From contig OZ024740.1 of the NCBI GenBank assembly GCA_964016885.1, forward strand, positions 200,756,001-200,820,000: a stretch of DNA of 64,000 nucleotides, read 5' to 3'. Under the pieces are notes generated by a model that was not told the origin of the DNA, did no database searches, and saw nothing but the letters and a program-made list of their open reading frames with translations. Both the position numbers and the translations under genes were made by a program. The DNA is from Eledone cirrhosa (lineage: Eukaryota). The number at the start of each line of letters is the position of its first letter. Position 1 is the first letter of the stretch. Of the stretch, positions 26,606 to 39,845 are shown in pieces.

Positions 26606-27164
26606 TATAGCAACATCAATGATAGACACAACAAAAACAAGAAACATAATAAAAGTAACAACGACAATGGTAGAAATAACAGTAACAACAACAATAACGG
26701 TGAAGTAAACAACAATTCATCTAGCAATCATAACAATAATAATAATGCTAATGATAGAAACAACAACAACCACCATGATAACAATAATAGCAACACACAC
26801 AACTATGACGATAGATATAATGACAACCCCTTAGAGAAACTATTTTTCAACCCAGCTGACAAAACATATAAGATGGGTAATATCTATCCTACGAGGTTAC
26901 CCTTTAATAAAAGAGTTTGCATACCACAACAAATAGATGACGAGACAGAGGCACAGTTCACCATAGCTAGAAATAAGATTAGACAAATAGTAGACAGGTA
27001 TACTAAGAGACAGAGCAGACCAGAGGCCCAACAACTTGGGAGGAAACCTGTAGAAGGCTTGGTTAGCCTCAAGCAGCGCACAATGGATGGTGAGGTAGTG
27101 TGTCTACCCACAGATAAGTCTGGTAGGATGTCAATAGATAGCATGCCGAACTACATCGAGGGCT

Positions 27165-28118
27165 ATGCAACCCCACATCACCAACACGAGCGAAGTTGCA
27201 CAACAAACACACGATGGGAGAGAAGAAATCCTCAACGCTCACATGATGTTGTGGACTGACATCCTAAAGCCAAGCAGACGCACTGCCAACAACTTCCAGG
27301 CGTCTAACAATGGCATACCCCCCTTGTATGGGCTCCGCAAAGACCACAAGACAGTCGACGACCCGACAACAGGACCACCAACAAGACCCGTATGCGGAGC
27401 TAATATAGCTAGTAACTACAGGATCTCCTACTTCCTTTCAAATGTTATACGCCCCATAATGAAGATGTCCCTAGATGTATGTGACAGTACAGAGGACCTC
27501 CTCAGCAGAATCAGTGAGTGCAACAAAAACAGGAACCTATCCAACTTCATAATAGGCAGCATGGATGTGGTGTCACTGTACCCATCCATTAACATTGATT
27601 TTGCTGTGAAAAGATGTGTGGAGATGATCATTGAGAGTGAGGTGGAGTTCTGCGACGTCGACACAGACGAACTGGGCCTCCTACTTAGACTTACCTACGA
27701 CACTGACTACCTAGACAGCCATGATCTTAGACGTTTCTGCCCTAGTAGACCTATAAGAGGTAGACCCCCCACCATAACCTCAATGGCAAAAAAGACTCCC
27801 ATGGGAAAGTGGATTGGGTGGACCAAAGCTATACGGACCCTCAAAAACAATGATCAGGTAAGAAAAATGGTCGCACATGCAATAGGGGCTAGTATCAAAA
27901 CTACCCTAAAGGGCCACATATTTAAGTTCAACGAGAAGATCTACACCCAAAATGAGGGAGCAGCCATCGGCGTCAGCATAGCTGGTGATGTTGCCAATCT
28001 TTCCATGGTATGGTGGGAAAGGAGACTTAAAGATCTCCTTAATGAGAGCTCCATAGACCTCATCATGTACTCTCGTTATGTAGGCGATATCAATATAGTT
28101 ATAAGAACACCCCACTAG
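27165..28118 (+). pseudogene. PLE1 reverse transcriptase core
   Basis: 317-aa ORF; the catalytic YVDD is mutated to YVGD. Confidence 0.85.
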
Positions 28119-28153
28119 AGAGCACTAACAAGTTTGATTTAGAACGTAGCACA

Positions 28154-29221
28154 ATGGAAAGCATCCAGCAGATAGCTAATTCCATACACCAGAGTATAAC
28201 TGTAACTATCGACTTCCCTTCCAAACACCCTCACAATAGACTACCTGTATTAGACACAGAACTCTGGATTAACACTATAGACGAGAGATCCCAAATTCTC
28301 CACTCACACTATGCTAAACCCATGGCCTCCAAATACCTGATACTCAAAAACTCAGCAATGTCTAGTACTGCTAAGTTTAATATTCTGATCGCAGATTTGG
28401 TACGAGTGATGAAGAATGTGTCCCGCATGTGCGACCCAACAGAAATGGAAAGACACATCCAACACTACATCAACCGCATGCAGTTCTCTGGCTACAACCA
28501 AAGAGACAGAGTCAGAGTATACGAAGGAGCCATGGAGAAGTATAAGACCCTCATAGAACTAGACATGAAAGGAATTTGCCCATTATACAGGAGCAAATCA
28601 TGGAATAGCTTAGATAGGGCTAGACATAAGATAGGGAAAGCCACCGCATGGTACGACAACCAGAGATACCAGAGTGTCATGTTTATGGACGTTACCCCTG
28701 GAGGGAAATTAGCTAACCAGTGTAGAAAGGCCCTGAGCAAGACCCACTTAAAAATTAAGGTGGTAGAAAAGCCAGGAACCACCATAAAATCCCTGCTCAG
28801 CAAAACCTACACTTTTAAGAAAACCCTCTGTACCAATAGGAAATGTATCATATGTAAGGTAAACCCCCGGATAAACTGTAAAACTAGAAACGTAGTCTAT
28901 AGCCTAAGATGTACAGAGGGTACTTGCAGAAACATGACAACAACATACATAGGTGAGACAGCTCGTAGCATAGGTGAAAGGATAGACCAACACTGGGGGG
29001 AACTAAAAGGACGAAAAAACGGGTCAGTACTATACGAACATGCTAGACAACAACATGACGGTAACATAGACAACATAGAAATTAGAATAATATCTAAACA
29101 TAGAAATGACCCAGCAGATAGGCAAATCAGAGAGGCCAGTGAAATAGAAATTAGAAGACCAAGTCTAAACAGAAAGAATGAATGGAATAACAAAACACCC
29201 AAACAAACAACACTGACCTAA
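28154..29221 (+). pseudogene. PLE1 thumb/linker/GIY-YIG endonuclease
   Basis: 355-aa ORF with VVY..C...YIGET.R....R...H, a second H, and E...LN motifs. Confidence 0.85.
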
Positions 29222-29460
29222 GAGAAGTATAAAGAAGTAAATATAATAAAATAAATAAATAAATAAAGCACAATAACAACAAGCACATAAACACACACTA
29301 GTCACCCATCACGCGGCAAACAAAACACCATACACACACGCAAACGCATGCGCAAAGAAGACAAAATAAAATAAACAAACAAGCAAATAAATAAATAAAT
29401 ATATAGACAGACTGAATAAAAATGGCGTAGACATACAATACAACAGGAGGAAAAGATAGC

Positions 29461-29502
29461 ACCACTGACGATGTTGCAGATGTGCAACGAAAGATTTATG
29501 AT
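29461..29502 (+). ncRNA. Hammerhead motif in PLE1 3' pseudo-LTR
   Basis: ACCA-CTGACGA-T-GTTGCA(GATG)TGCAAC-GAAA-GATTTA-TGAT; stem I has one mismatch. Confidence 0.65.
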
Positions 29503-29707
29503 AAACTATATATATGGGTTTGTGTCTATATTGTATCTGTATTATTTTTGATCGTCGGTCAGTCAATGGCAACATTGAGGACCGAGTAAGTTAGATTACC
29601 GATATAAAAGACACAGAAGCGAGAAGCGAAAACCAACCAAACAGTGAGTGTGTTCTTTTATTAATTCTGGCAATATTACACAAATATGACCCTCCCCAAG
29701 TATAACA

Positions 29708-29781
<74 letters not shown>

Positions 29782-31834
29782 CGTTTCTGAATTTGTTTTG
29801 CAAGTTTCTTTATCTGAAAACGTGTGTTGAAACCGATATTGTTATACATTGGGAGGGTCATGTTGCCAATAAGAAACACACGCACCAGATGTTTCACTTC
29901 AATTTATTATAATAAATTTATAAATTTAGGAATTTAGGAATTTCCGGTTGGTTGGTTGGTTCCACAGCCAGATGATTGTTTATATATTGTCAAAGTTCTT
30001 TCACACATACTGGTCACCAACCAACCAACCGGAAATTCCTAAATTCCTAAATTTATAAATTTCTTATAATAAATTGAAGTGAAAGCAACTGGTGTGTGTG
30101 TTTCTTATTGGCAACATGACCCTCCCAAAGTATAACAATATCGGTTTCAACACACGTTTTCAGATAAAGAATCTTGCTAAACAAATTCAGAAACGAAATA
30201 TCGGAAGCCTTTTCCAGGCTAACAAGATACTGAAAACCACCATGTTCTGTTGTCTACGAAAAACAATAACATCTCGACAACTACACTTCATAAAAGAATG
30301 TGCCTCGTCCCGAGTTTACACCAACACCATCAACACCGATGTAAGAAAAATACAACTCACCAAAAAGCAAGCAGATAGGATAAAACGAACACTAATTCTA
30401 AACATAAAAAAGATTTACAGAGAATTAAGTCATCAAGAAAAACATAAGCGTAACCTAATACAAGAAATAACTAAGATCACCACACTAAGAGAAAATAAAC
30501 CTTATATGTCTTGAAGAAAAGTACATTGTTCAAGAATGTGACAAGCACTTTAACAAGAAACTAATGTGTCTCAAACAGATAAAACTAAATCAAGATACTT
30601 TAGAGAATATCGATAGATATCCCGACAAAATTGACGGTATAAATATGGCCGACATCTCATTAACAGATGAATTCAACAACAACAACACAAATATATACGG
30701 CAACACTACGGTCGACTCTGATGAATTATCGATATTACAGCTACCACCTAAATATGACACATATAATAAGGTAAATATGATAAAATGCTTGTCAGAAATA
30801 GAAAAATCATTTACAAAATTACGTTGGAGCCTCAAAAACAAAAACAAAAGTAACAACATACGCACACACACACATACATATACAACAAACATCCCAACAA
30901 CAACAGACACACAGACATAAACAACGATAACAACAACACACACAACAACAATAATAACATACTCAGAAACAACAACAACAGACACGCAGACACAAACAAC
31001 AATAATAACACACAACAATAATAACATACACGGAGACAACAACAACAACACACATCAACAACAGCACACATCAACAACAACAACAACACACACACATTCT
31101 ATGCCTCTCACCACCACCACAATCTTAACAAACACACAGACAGAAAACAGGTAATGACAGTAGCACAGAAATAAGGGAAGGTATAGGATTGAAAGAAGAA
31201 GGGAGACTGTGGACAGAGAAAATAACCAGGACGAACACACAGACACACAAAATAGAGTAGATAATAACAATGAGCCAGAGGAAAGAGACAGGAGTAATAA
31301 TGAGAGATATAGAAACAACCATGAGGCTGTTGGTGGAAATAGAAATAGAAACAACACAACTAACAATAACAACAGCATTAGTACACATAAAGCCGCAGCC
31401 TGGAACTCTACTTTTTATAATCCTTCCGATAAGTCGTTCGACCTGCGACGAGTCCACGCCACGACTTTAGCTTTTAACAAACGCACGCAATTGCCGTCGT
31501 AGGTCGATGAACAAACAGAAGCACAATTTAGTATAGCTAGATTTAAACTTAGAAATATTATAGAACAGTATAGCAAGAAGCATAATAGAATAGAGGCCCA
31601 GCAACTGGGAGAAAAATCTGCAAATGGCTTGCGTAAGCTCATGCAGCGCTCGGGTAATGGAGAGATTGCATGCTTTCCAACAGACAAGTCTGGCAGAATG
31701 TCGGTTGACAGTCTGTCAAACTACATCCAGGCAATGCAACCCCACATCACTAAAACAAGAGAAGTAACACCACAAGAGCATAAGGATAGGGAAAAAGCCC
31801 TCAATGCCCATATGATGATGTGGACAAATATAAT

Positions 31835-32008
31835 TGTTTCTACTTTAGGCACAAGGCCAGCAATTACCCAGTGCATTACTGGTACTTTATTTTATCGACC
31901 CCGTAATGATGAAAGGCAAAGTCAACCTCGGCGGGATTTGAACTCAAATCGTAAAGGGACGTAACTATGCTGGAAAGCATGGCGTGCGACACTCTACCGA
32001 TACTGCCA
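31835..32008 (-). mobile_element. SINE family 1 inserted into the PLE2 ORF, 17-bp TSD
   Basis: ATGTGGACAAATATAAT occurs at 31818-31834 and 32009-32025. Confidence 0.92.
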
Positions 32009-33187
32009 ATGTGGACAAATATAATGCAGCCCAACAAAAGGAACAAAAACGTGCCAGCGTTGTATGGGCTTCGAAAAGACCATAAAACGAGCAGTGACCC
32101 TGTCACAGGACCACCAACAGTCTGTGGAGCTAACATTGCTAGTAACTACAGACTTTCCTACTTCCTCTCCCTGATCATACGCCCCATCATTGAAATGTCC
32201 CCAGATATATGTGACATCACTGAGGACCTCCTCAGCAGAATCGGCGAGAGTAACCGACCTAGCGCCCTAACAAACTGCATAATAGGTAGTATGGATGTTG
32301 TGTCCCTGTATCCATCTATTGACGTGGATTTTTCTGTGGAGAAATGCGTAGAAATGATCAGTGAGAGCAATGTTGAATTCCGTGAGATTGATACCAGTGA
32401 GCTGGGACTCCTACTTAAACTTACCTATAGTAATAATTATCTAGATACATATGGCCTTAGCAACCTGTGCCCTACAAGACCAGCAAGGGGCAGACCACCT
32501 ACAATTACCTCAATGGCCAAGAAAACCCACACAGATACATGGAACGGGTGGACCAGAGCCATACGGACCCCCGAAAACCACGATGAACTAAAGAAAATGA
32601 TTGCACATGTGGTGGGGGCCAGCATAAAATTAACCCTTAAGGAACATATGTTCAAATTTAATGGAGAAACATATGCCCAAGAGGAGGGAGCAGCCATTGG
32701 TGTTAGTATTGCATGTGACATAGCTAACCTATTTATGGTATGGTGGGACAATAGACTTAAATTTAAACTTAGAGAACAATTAGAAGACAGCAACCCCTTA
32801 ACCCTGACAATGTACTCCCGCTACGTTGATGATATAAACATCGTAGTAAGAACACATCCACTAAAGAACAGTCAGGAATTAGAGAAAAACACCATGGAAA
32901 GCATCCAGCAAATAGCTAACTCCATCCACCAGAGTATTAGAGTTACTATAGACTACCCAAGCAAACACCCCAACCATCGATTACCTGTACTAGACACAGA
33001 GCTCTGGTTAGATACCATTAATAACAAAAAACAAATCCTCCATTTCCATTATGCCAAACCCATGACTTCCAAATATCTGATCCACCGAAACTCAGCTGTT
33101 TCGGACCATACCAAAATCAACATACTGATTGCGGATTTGGTACGGGTGATGAGAAACGTGTCCCGCATGTGCAACCCCAAACCATAG
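32009..33187 (+). pseudogene. PLE2 reverse transcriptase core
   Basis: Collinear with PLE1 RT; YVDD intact. Confidence 0.85.
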
Positions 33188-34151
33188 AACTAGAGAGACA
33201 CATACAACACTTCATCCACCGTATGCAGTTCTCTGGTTACAATCAGAGAGATAAAATCAGAGTATATAGAGGAGCCAGAACCAAATGGGAAAAAATGGTA
33301 AATAATGACACAAATGGGACCTGCCCCTTGTATAGGAGCAAATTTTGGAATAGAAAGAACTAGGAATAAGGTTAATAGAATAAACTCGTGGTATAAATAG
33401 CAATAGATACCAGAGTGTAATGTTCATCGACACAACCCCTAGAGGTGAATTAACTTACAAATTTAGAAGGGCCCTAGATAAACATAAACTCAATATTAAG
33501 ATAGTAGAAAGACCAGGTACCTCCATAAAAACACTTATTAGCAATACATACCTCTTTTTAAAGAACCCCTGTATAGATAAGAAATGTATAATCTGTAAAT
33601 TAAGCCCCCATATTAACTGTAAAACTAGAAATGTAGTATATAGCATAAGATGTACTGAAGGACAATGTAGAGATAAGAATATAGTGTACATAGGTGAGAC
33701 ACCTCGTAGTATAGGGGAACGGATAAATAAACACTGGTGAGACCTTCAAGATAGTAAAGAATCATCTGTATTCTACCAACATGCTAAAATAGAACATAAG
33801 GCTAAATTAGAGAACATAGAAATAAAAATAGAATCTACACAGAGAAAAGACGCAATGTTTAGACAAATCACAGAGGCAATAAACATAAATAAACTCCAAC
33901 CAAATTAAATAGAAAACATGAATGGAACAGCAACATCACAACTTACAATTAAGGATAAAATGAAAACACACATGCACATAGAACAAACAACCAACCAGTA
34001 ACATGTAAATAAACAAATAAATAAACAAATATAAACACACACAGACACCCGGATGTAACACATGCGCAAACTAAGCACACAACACACACAAAACCAAGAT
34101 GGCGTAGGACAGAACAAAGGAGTGGCACAAAAACAAAGAAAAGAATCCCCA

Positions 34152-34194
34152 GTCACTGAAGAGGTCAAAGAATGTGTGACGAAAGGACTTTGAC
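34152..34194 (+). ncRNA. Minimal hammerhead in PLE2 3' pseudo-LTR
   Basis: GTCA-CTGAAGA-G-GTCA(AAGAATGTG)TGAC-GAAA-GGACTT-TGAC. Confidence 0.7.
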
Positions 34195-34340
34195 AATATA
34201 TAAACAATCATCTGGTTGTGGAACCAACCAACCAACCGGAAATTCATAAATTCCTAAATTTATAAATTTATTGTAATAAATTGAAGTGAAAGCATCTGGT
34301 GCGTATGTTTCTTATTGGCAACATGACCCTCCCAAAGTAT

Positions 34341-34415
<75 letters not shown>

Positions 34416-34416
34416 T

Positions 34417-35679
34417 ATCTTACCAAAAGCTTAACATTATTTGTCTAAGCAGACAGTACTTGTGTTAGGAGTTGCAGAAACCCAAATGCTGTATATTACC
34501 TACCTTCCAGGTATAATTTTCAATCATATTTTATTTGTTTGACCCGAATTACTTGGTCGTTTCTATGGCTGTGCGGATAATGGTTTAACCATCGTCTCAG
34601 TGTGTTTGGCCTTTTAACTTATGTTGTTGCTCTAGTTCACTAGCTTCTATGGAGCGCTGCCACACATCTCGGAAGTTGTTTTTCGCTAATTTCCAATAGC
34701 CGAAATACGATTCTCGCTAATTTATATTTGTATTATTCTCCAGAGTCTAGCTATTGACCAGTTAATTTTCTTGATTTTTTTTAGTTAATTCTATTGACTG
34801 ATTAATAGCTCTTGTTAATTTTAAAACTATTCTGTTGAGAACTTAATTCGTTTTGTGATATTTTGCAATTTTGCAATAACACGCATACTGAATTCATCCG
34901 CCAAAACTAAGGGTTGCCCCCTCCCCACCTGTCGAGCCCCACGTGGGTTTTGATAACGTTCTGTCCTTGGCTTGGCACTGAACTAAAAGCCTGTTGAGAA
35001 AGTGACTTCCTTGTTCGATCATCTTACCAAAAGCTTAACATTATTTGTCTAAGCAGACAGTACTTGATTTAGGAGTTGCAGAAACCCAAATGCTGGATTT
35101 TACCAACCTTCCAGGGGTCCGGGTATAATTTTCAATCATATTTTATTTGTTTGACCCGAATTACTTCTGTCGTTTCTATGGCTGTGCGGATAATGGTTTA
35201 ACCATCGTCTCAGTGTGTTTGGCCTTTTAACTTATGTTGTAGCTCTGGTTCACTAGCTTCTATGGAGCGCTTGCCACACATCTCGGAAGTTGGTTTTCGC
35301 TAATTTCCATTACGATTCTCGCTAATTTATATTTGTATATGTTTGCGTAGACTGACAGTAATCTATAACTTATTGGCTGGCGCAAACCATGTGATCGTGT
35401 CACCTTACCAGCCAGGACATTGTTTGGGGAGGGTGCTTGCGTAGGCTAGTTTCGTCATGTTTTGGGTAGTAGTTGAGACACCTCCTTCACATTTGCGCTT
35501 GCGCATATTTGTGGAGGAGAATTAGGACTCACATGCGAACGGGCGAAGATTTCAAGAACATCATCTTTGTATTTACCTTTGTTGTTTTAACTTTCATTGC
35601 CTCGAGAACGTAACTTTATTATGTAAGGAGCTGTCGGTTGAGAGCATGGCACTGGGTACGTGGAATTGCGCGGCCACTG

Positions 35680-35717
<38 letters not shown>

Positions 35718-36595
35718 GAAAAATGGCGTGCTGCGTGGTTGCACATGGGTTACATATGAATAAAATTAGTCCTTCATCAGTGATCTTCCAAACTTCATTG
35801 GTATTTCTTCGCTTTAAAGATCATATACCTCTGGTTGGTGCGAGCAATAACTAAGGAAAGTTATTGGGACACGTAAAATAGAATGAAGCGAGCGAGACAT
35901 GTATATATATGTATATATATATATTAATAACAGGAATTCCAACTTTGTCTGATTTACTCGTTTTATCTACAATCCTTTAAAATTTATAATGGTATTAGAA
36001 TGAAATAGTATGGTAGAATATTAAATGTTAAGTGTTACTTAAACAAGTACTTTTATGCTTTCGCAATCTTCAGGTTCATAATGTGTGGTGACAGTCAAGT
36101 TTGCAATTTTCGACAGTTGAAAATTGCAAACTTTATGTCACCACACATTATGAACCTGAAGATATATATATATAGGAGTTCGCTCCCTTGCTAGACCCCA
36201 CGTGGATTTAGTAACGGGTTCCCTTGTATTATTGAACTAAACGCCCGTTGAAAAAGTGGGTTCCTTGTCCATCTTCTTACCAGAAGCCGGATATTTTTCA
36301 TGTAAGCTGACGGTAACTGATTTAGGAGCCGCAGAGACCCAAATGCTGCAATTTACCATCTTTCCAGGGGGTCCAAGTAAAGTTTTCATTCATATATATT
36401 TGTATTTTTCTGACCCGAATTTTATTGGTCGTTTTTCGGCTGTGCGAATGATTGTTTAAGCATCGTCTCAGTGTGTTGGTATTTAAACGTTAGTTATAGC
36501 TCTGGTTTATCCAAACTATTGAGCACTTTGCCACACATTTCAAAGATTGTGTTTCGTTATTTCGTGGGCCGAGATTCCGATTCTCGATAATTTAT
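34417..36595. repeat. Unclassified repeat, three direct copies (34417-34735, 34915-35340, 36178-36595)
   Basis: Shared TCTTACCA.AAGC...GCAGA.ACCCAAATGCTG...TGACCCGAATT...CATCGTCTCAGTGTGTT...CGATTCTCG.TAATTTATAT. Confidence 0.75.
36067..36162. repeat. Near-perfect ~45-bp-arm hairpin
   Basis: TCTTCAGGTTCATAATGTGTGGTGACA..AAGTTTGCAATTTTC / GAAAATTGCAAACTT..TGTCACCACACATTATGAACCTGAAGA. Confidence 0.85.
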
Positions 36596-36611
36596 ATATA
36601 TTATATATATA

Positions 36612-36712
<101 letters not shown>

Positions 36713-38411
36713 GTTAAAAGAATAGAGGTGTAACACACAAGTTATTATATATTGGTAAACGGAATAGAAAATGCTGACAAATTGTTCACAGTTGAAAAAT
36801 GGTTTAATTAGGAATAAAAGAGTATTAGTAATTGTATGGGTTAGTATTCAGTTGTGGTTTTAAGTTTTTAAGTTTTTACTGGTTGCGCATTTCTAAGTGC
36901 TTTTCAAAAGTAATTTTGAGATAGAGTGTCCGTGTTGTTTGCTCTGATCAGAGCAAACATATATATATATATATATATATAAATATCATATATATATATA
37001 TATATATTATATATCATAATCTATAAAGCTCAGTGTATGGTCACATTTCTTTGTTATAGAAATCTACGATATAGAATTTCTTCAATTGAAATATACAATT
37101 CAGTATTCGAAATAGCTTCGATTGGGTCATGGCACATATATTTCTTTCAATTTCACCCACAATTACGCAAAAAATCGATAAAACTCAATATTTTACGATT
37201 TGCTTCTCTCATTTCAACTGCTAAATACTTTCCATTACCATTCAAAATCTATACAACTTCATACTTTCTGCTACTTTCTCTTTCCAAGCTGAAACAACTA
37301 TTCTTTTCATTTTACATTGTTCATGTTGATGGTGATACTGACCGTTTTACTCTCTCACTCATACACTTTACAGACTAAACAACAAAAACATTAGCCACAT
37401 TAACGTACAATTTCGTTTATTCTAAATGTGAGTCTTCAAACTGATTTATTTATTTGCAAACACATACAAACACACATTCACATCAAATGAATAATTAAAC
37501 TTTAAATCAATTTAACCACGTGCCGGATTTCTAACCACACATACACACTTCATTAACAAATAAAAATTCTAATTTGCGACAATTATTTTCTTTCAATCGT
37601 AAAATCAAACGACATAATTATTTTCATTTTCAGTTGTTAATCTTCATGGCGATAATACTACCCTTCCATTTCACATCATGTGAGTTAACAAATAATTTTT
37701 TAAAACACTATTCGCAGACTTCCTTAAACAACAAGATCAATTGCGTAGCCGGTATTCATTATGTAGCCGGTAAAGCTATGTAGCAGGTAAAAGGCTATGT
37801 CGTCAGTACGATGTTATATAGCATGAACATTTTATATAACCGGTAAATTTTATGTCGCCGTTAGCATGTGTGTGTGTGTGTGTGTATTACCGTCAATACA
37901 CACGTGTGTGCGTGTTTCAGTGTAGTTTTCGTTAACAATGACGAGAGTACAATCGCGCCAGAAACAATTCAATTTCTCATTCTTAACTGCTAGGGACGTT
38001 CACAGGTTCATTAAGTACTTTCAGTAAGGAATAAAAAAAATAGGGATTGAACCCAAAACCACGACATAAACAGGCACCAACAAACGTTTTCTTTGTCCTG
38101 TCAAAAAGTGATTGATCCTATCCCTTTCACCTACGACCTCAGTTAGGTCAGGCGAAAGTCAAATAGACAGGGGATCACCTATGTAGGTACAAACCCTGCT
38201 GTGGTATGTCTATTCTTCTAGCTGCAACCAGATTATATATACCGTAGTTAACAGAGACCATGACACACCAGGCCTGCAAACCAAACGCTAGTATATATAT
38301 AAATAGATATTGTTCTCTATACAGTAACGGTAAAACTCATTTGAAATAATTATTTACACGCATCTCACTGTGTAACACACTTCTATTTGTGTAGTATATT
38401 TGTATATATAT

Positions 38412-38445
<34 letters not shown>

Positions 38446-39002
38446 ATATAAATTAATTATATTATATGTATATATATATTATATATATATATAAATTATA
38501 TATATTATATATATATATAATATATATATATATATAAATGAAAGGTATAGAAAGTATTGTAGCAAGAAGCCATATAATATATATATATATATATATACCG
38601 ATAAATTAACGGGGGCATAGGCCCTCGCTATTCCCTGTAAATAATGTGCTCAAAGGAGAAGAGATCCTGAGCTCTTTAAAATACAATATGTGAGAAGGTA
38701 ACACACCAGAGAGAGATATATAGTGCGCTATCAATAATACAGTGAAAAAACCACCAGTGTATGGAATCTATAACCAATGAAAGGCAGACTATAGACACGA
38801 TAATTACAAATATAAATTAAAGCGTAAATAAATACCTCTATAACTATATTTCGCTCCTAATAACAGTCTTTCCTATCTCTGTTTGGTTGAGCACACTTCT
38901 CTGAGTGGCTTTGGGCTGCCCTTTCTGTGACTTCTCTCTCCCACGTGTAGCTGGACAGTCAATTTTAAAATTCTGTTAGTGTTGTCTGAAATATATGGCC
39001 TT

Positions 39003-39082
39003 ACACACGCTGATGAACCGAGACTAGACCATTTCTCTCAACAAAATTTTAGTGAAACCTATCTTTGGATTTGTACGTGTGT
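39003..39082 (+). ncRNA. Type I hammerhead ribozyme, copy 1
   Basis: ACACACG-CTGATGA-ACC...AGT-GAAA-CCTATC(TTTG)GATTT-GTA-CGTGTGT. Confidence 0.7.
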
Positions 39083-39542
39083 TATATAGTTATTGAGGTA
39101 TTTATTTACGCTTTAATATATATTTTTAATTATCGTGTCTATAGTCTGCCTTTCATAGGTTATAGATTCCATACACTGGTTGTTTTTTCCCTGTATTATT
39201 GATAACGCATTATATATCTCTCTCTGATGTGTTACCTTCTCAACATATTGTATTTTAAAGAGCTCAGGATCTCTTCTCCTTTGAGCACATTATTTACAGA
39301 GAATAGCGAGGGCCTATGCCTCCGTTAATTTATCGTGATATTTCGCTCCTAATAACAGTCTTTCCTATCTCTGTTTGGTTGAGCACACTTCTCTGAGTGG
39401 CTTTGGGCTACCCTTTCTAGCAGTTCGTCCCTCAGAGGCCACTGGTTCACTGCCCTTAAACACGCTGTGACTTCTCTCTCCCACGTGTAGCTGGAGAGAC
39501 AATTTTAAAATTCTCTTATTGTTGTCTGAAATGTATGGCCTT

Positions 39543-39622
39543 ACACACGCTGATGAACCGAGACTAGATCATTTCTTTCAACAAATTTTTGGTGAAACAT
39601 ATCTTTGGATTTGTACGTGTGT
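39543..39622 (+). ncRNA. Type I hammerhead ribozyme, copy 2
   Basis: ACACACG-CTGATGA-ACC...GGT-GAAA-CATATC(TTTG)GATTT-GTA-CGTGTGT: 7-bp stem I, long stem III, GUA triplet. Confidence 0.8.
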
Positions 39623-39794
39623 TATATAGTGATAAAGGTATTTATTTATGCTTTAATTTATATTTTTAATTATCGTGTCTATAGTCTGCCTTTCATAGGT
39701 TATAGATTCCATACACTGGTGGTTTTTTCCCTGTTTTATTGATAGCGCACTGTATATCTCTCTCTGGTGTGTTACCTTCTCAACATATTGTATT

Positions 39795-39843
<49 letters not shown>

Positions 39844-39845
39844 TA

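Larger units (their letters stand above)
26030..29710 (+). mobile_element. Penelope-like element 1 (RT + Cys linker + C-terminal GIY-YIG), frameshifted; 5' boundary uncertain
   Basis: PTDKSG, LYGLRKDHK, SMDVVSLYPSI, GAAIG, YSRYVGD, LPVLD, CxxxxCxxC, NVVYSLRC..YIGETAR..E..LN. The 3' pseudo-LTR carries a hammerhead and ends in (TA)n. Confidence 0.9.
29779..34347 (+). mobile_element. Penelope-like element 2, near full length: inverted pLTR + pLTR + disrupted ORF + pLTR, flanked by (TA)n on both sides
   Basis: 29779-30010 is the inverse of 30017-30200 and of 34180-34347. ORF fragments span 30092-33900 (SMDVVSLYPSI, YSRYVDD, YIGET). SINE inserted at 31835. Confidence 0.9.
38597..39797 (+). mobile_element. 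Non-coding hammerhead-bearing tandem element (540-nt unit) with 5' inverted copy, within (TA)n
   Basis: 38597-38848 is the inverse of ~39085-39337. Direct copies lie at 38846-39336 and 39337-39797. No ORF. Confidence 0.8.

Noticed and set aside
24325-33691. Antisense ORFs over R4 and PLE coding regions
   Set aside because: Shadow frames with no recognisable motifs.
33738-33740. In-frame TGA in PLE2 endonuclease as possible selenocysteine
   Set aside because: It aligns to Gly in PLE1, not to a conserved Cys; the copy has other disabling stops; no SECIS was recognised.
35765-35790. CTGATGA on the minus strand (also ~12287 minus and ~16219 plus)
   Set aside because: No properly spaced stem II and GAAA.
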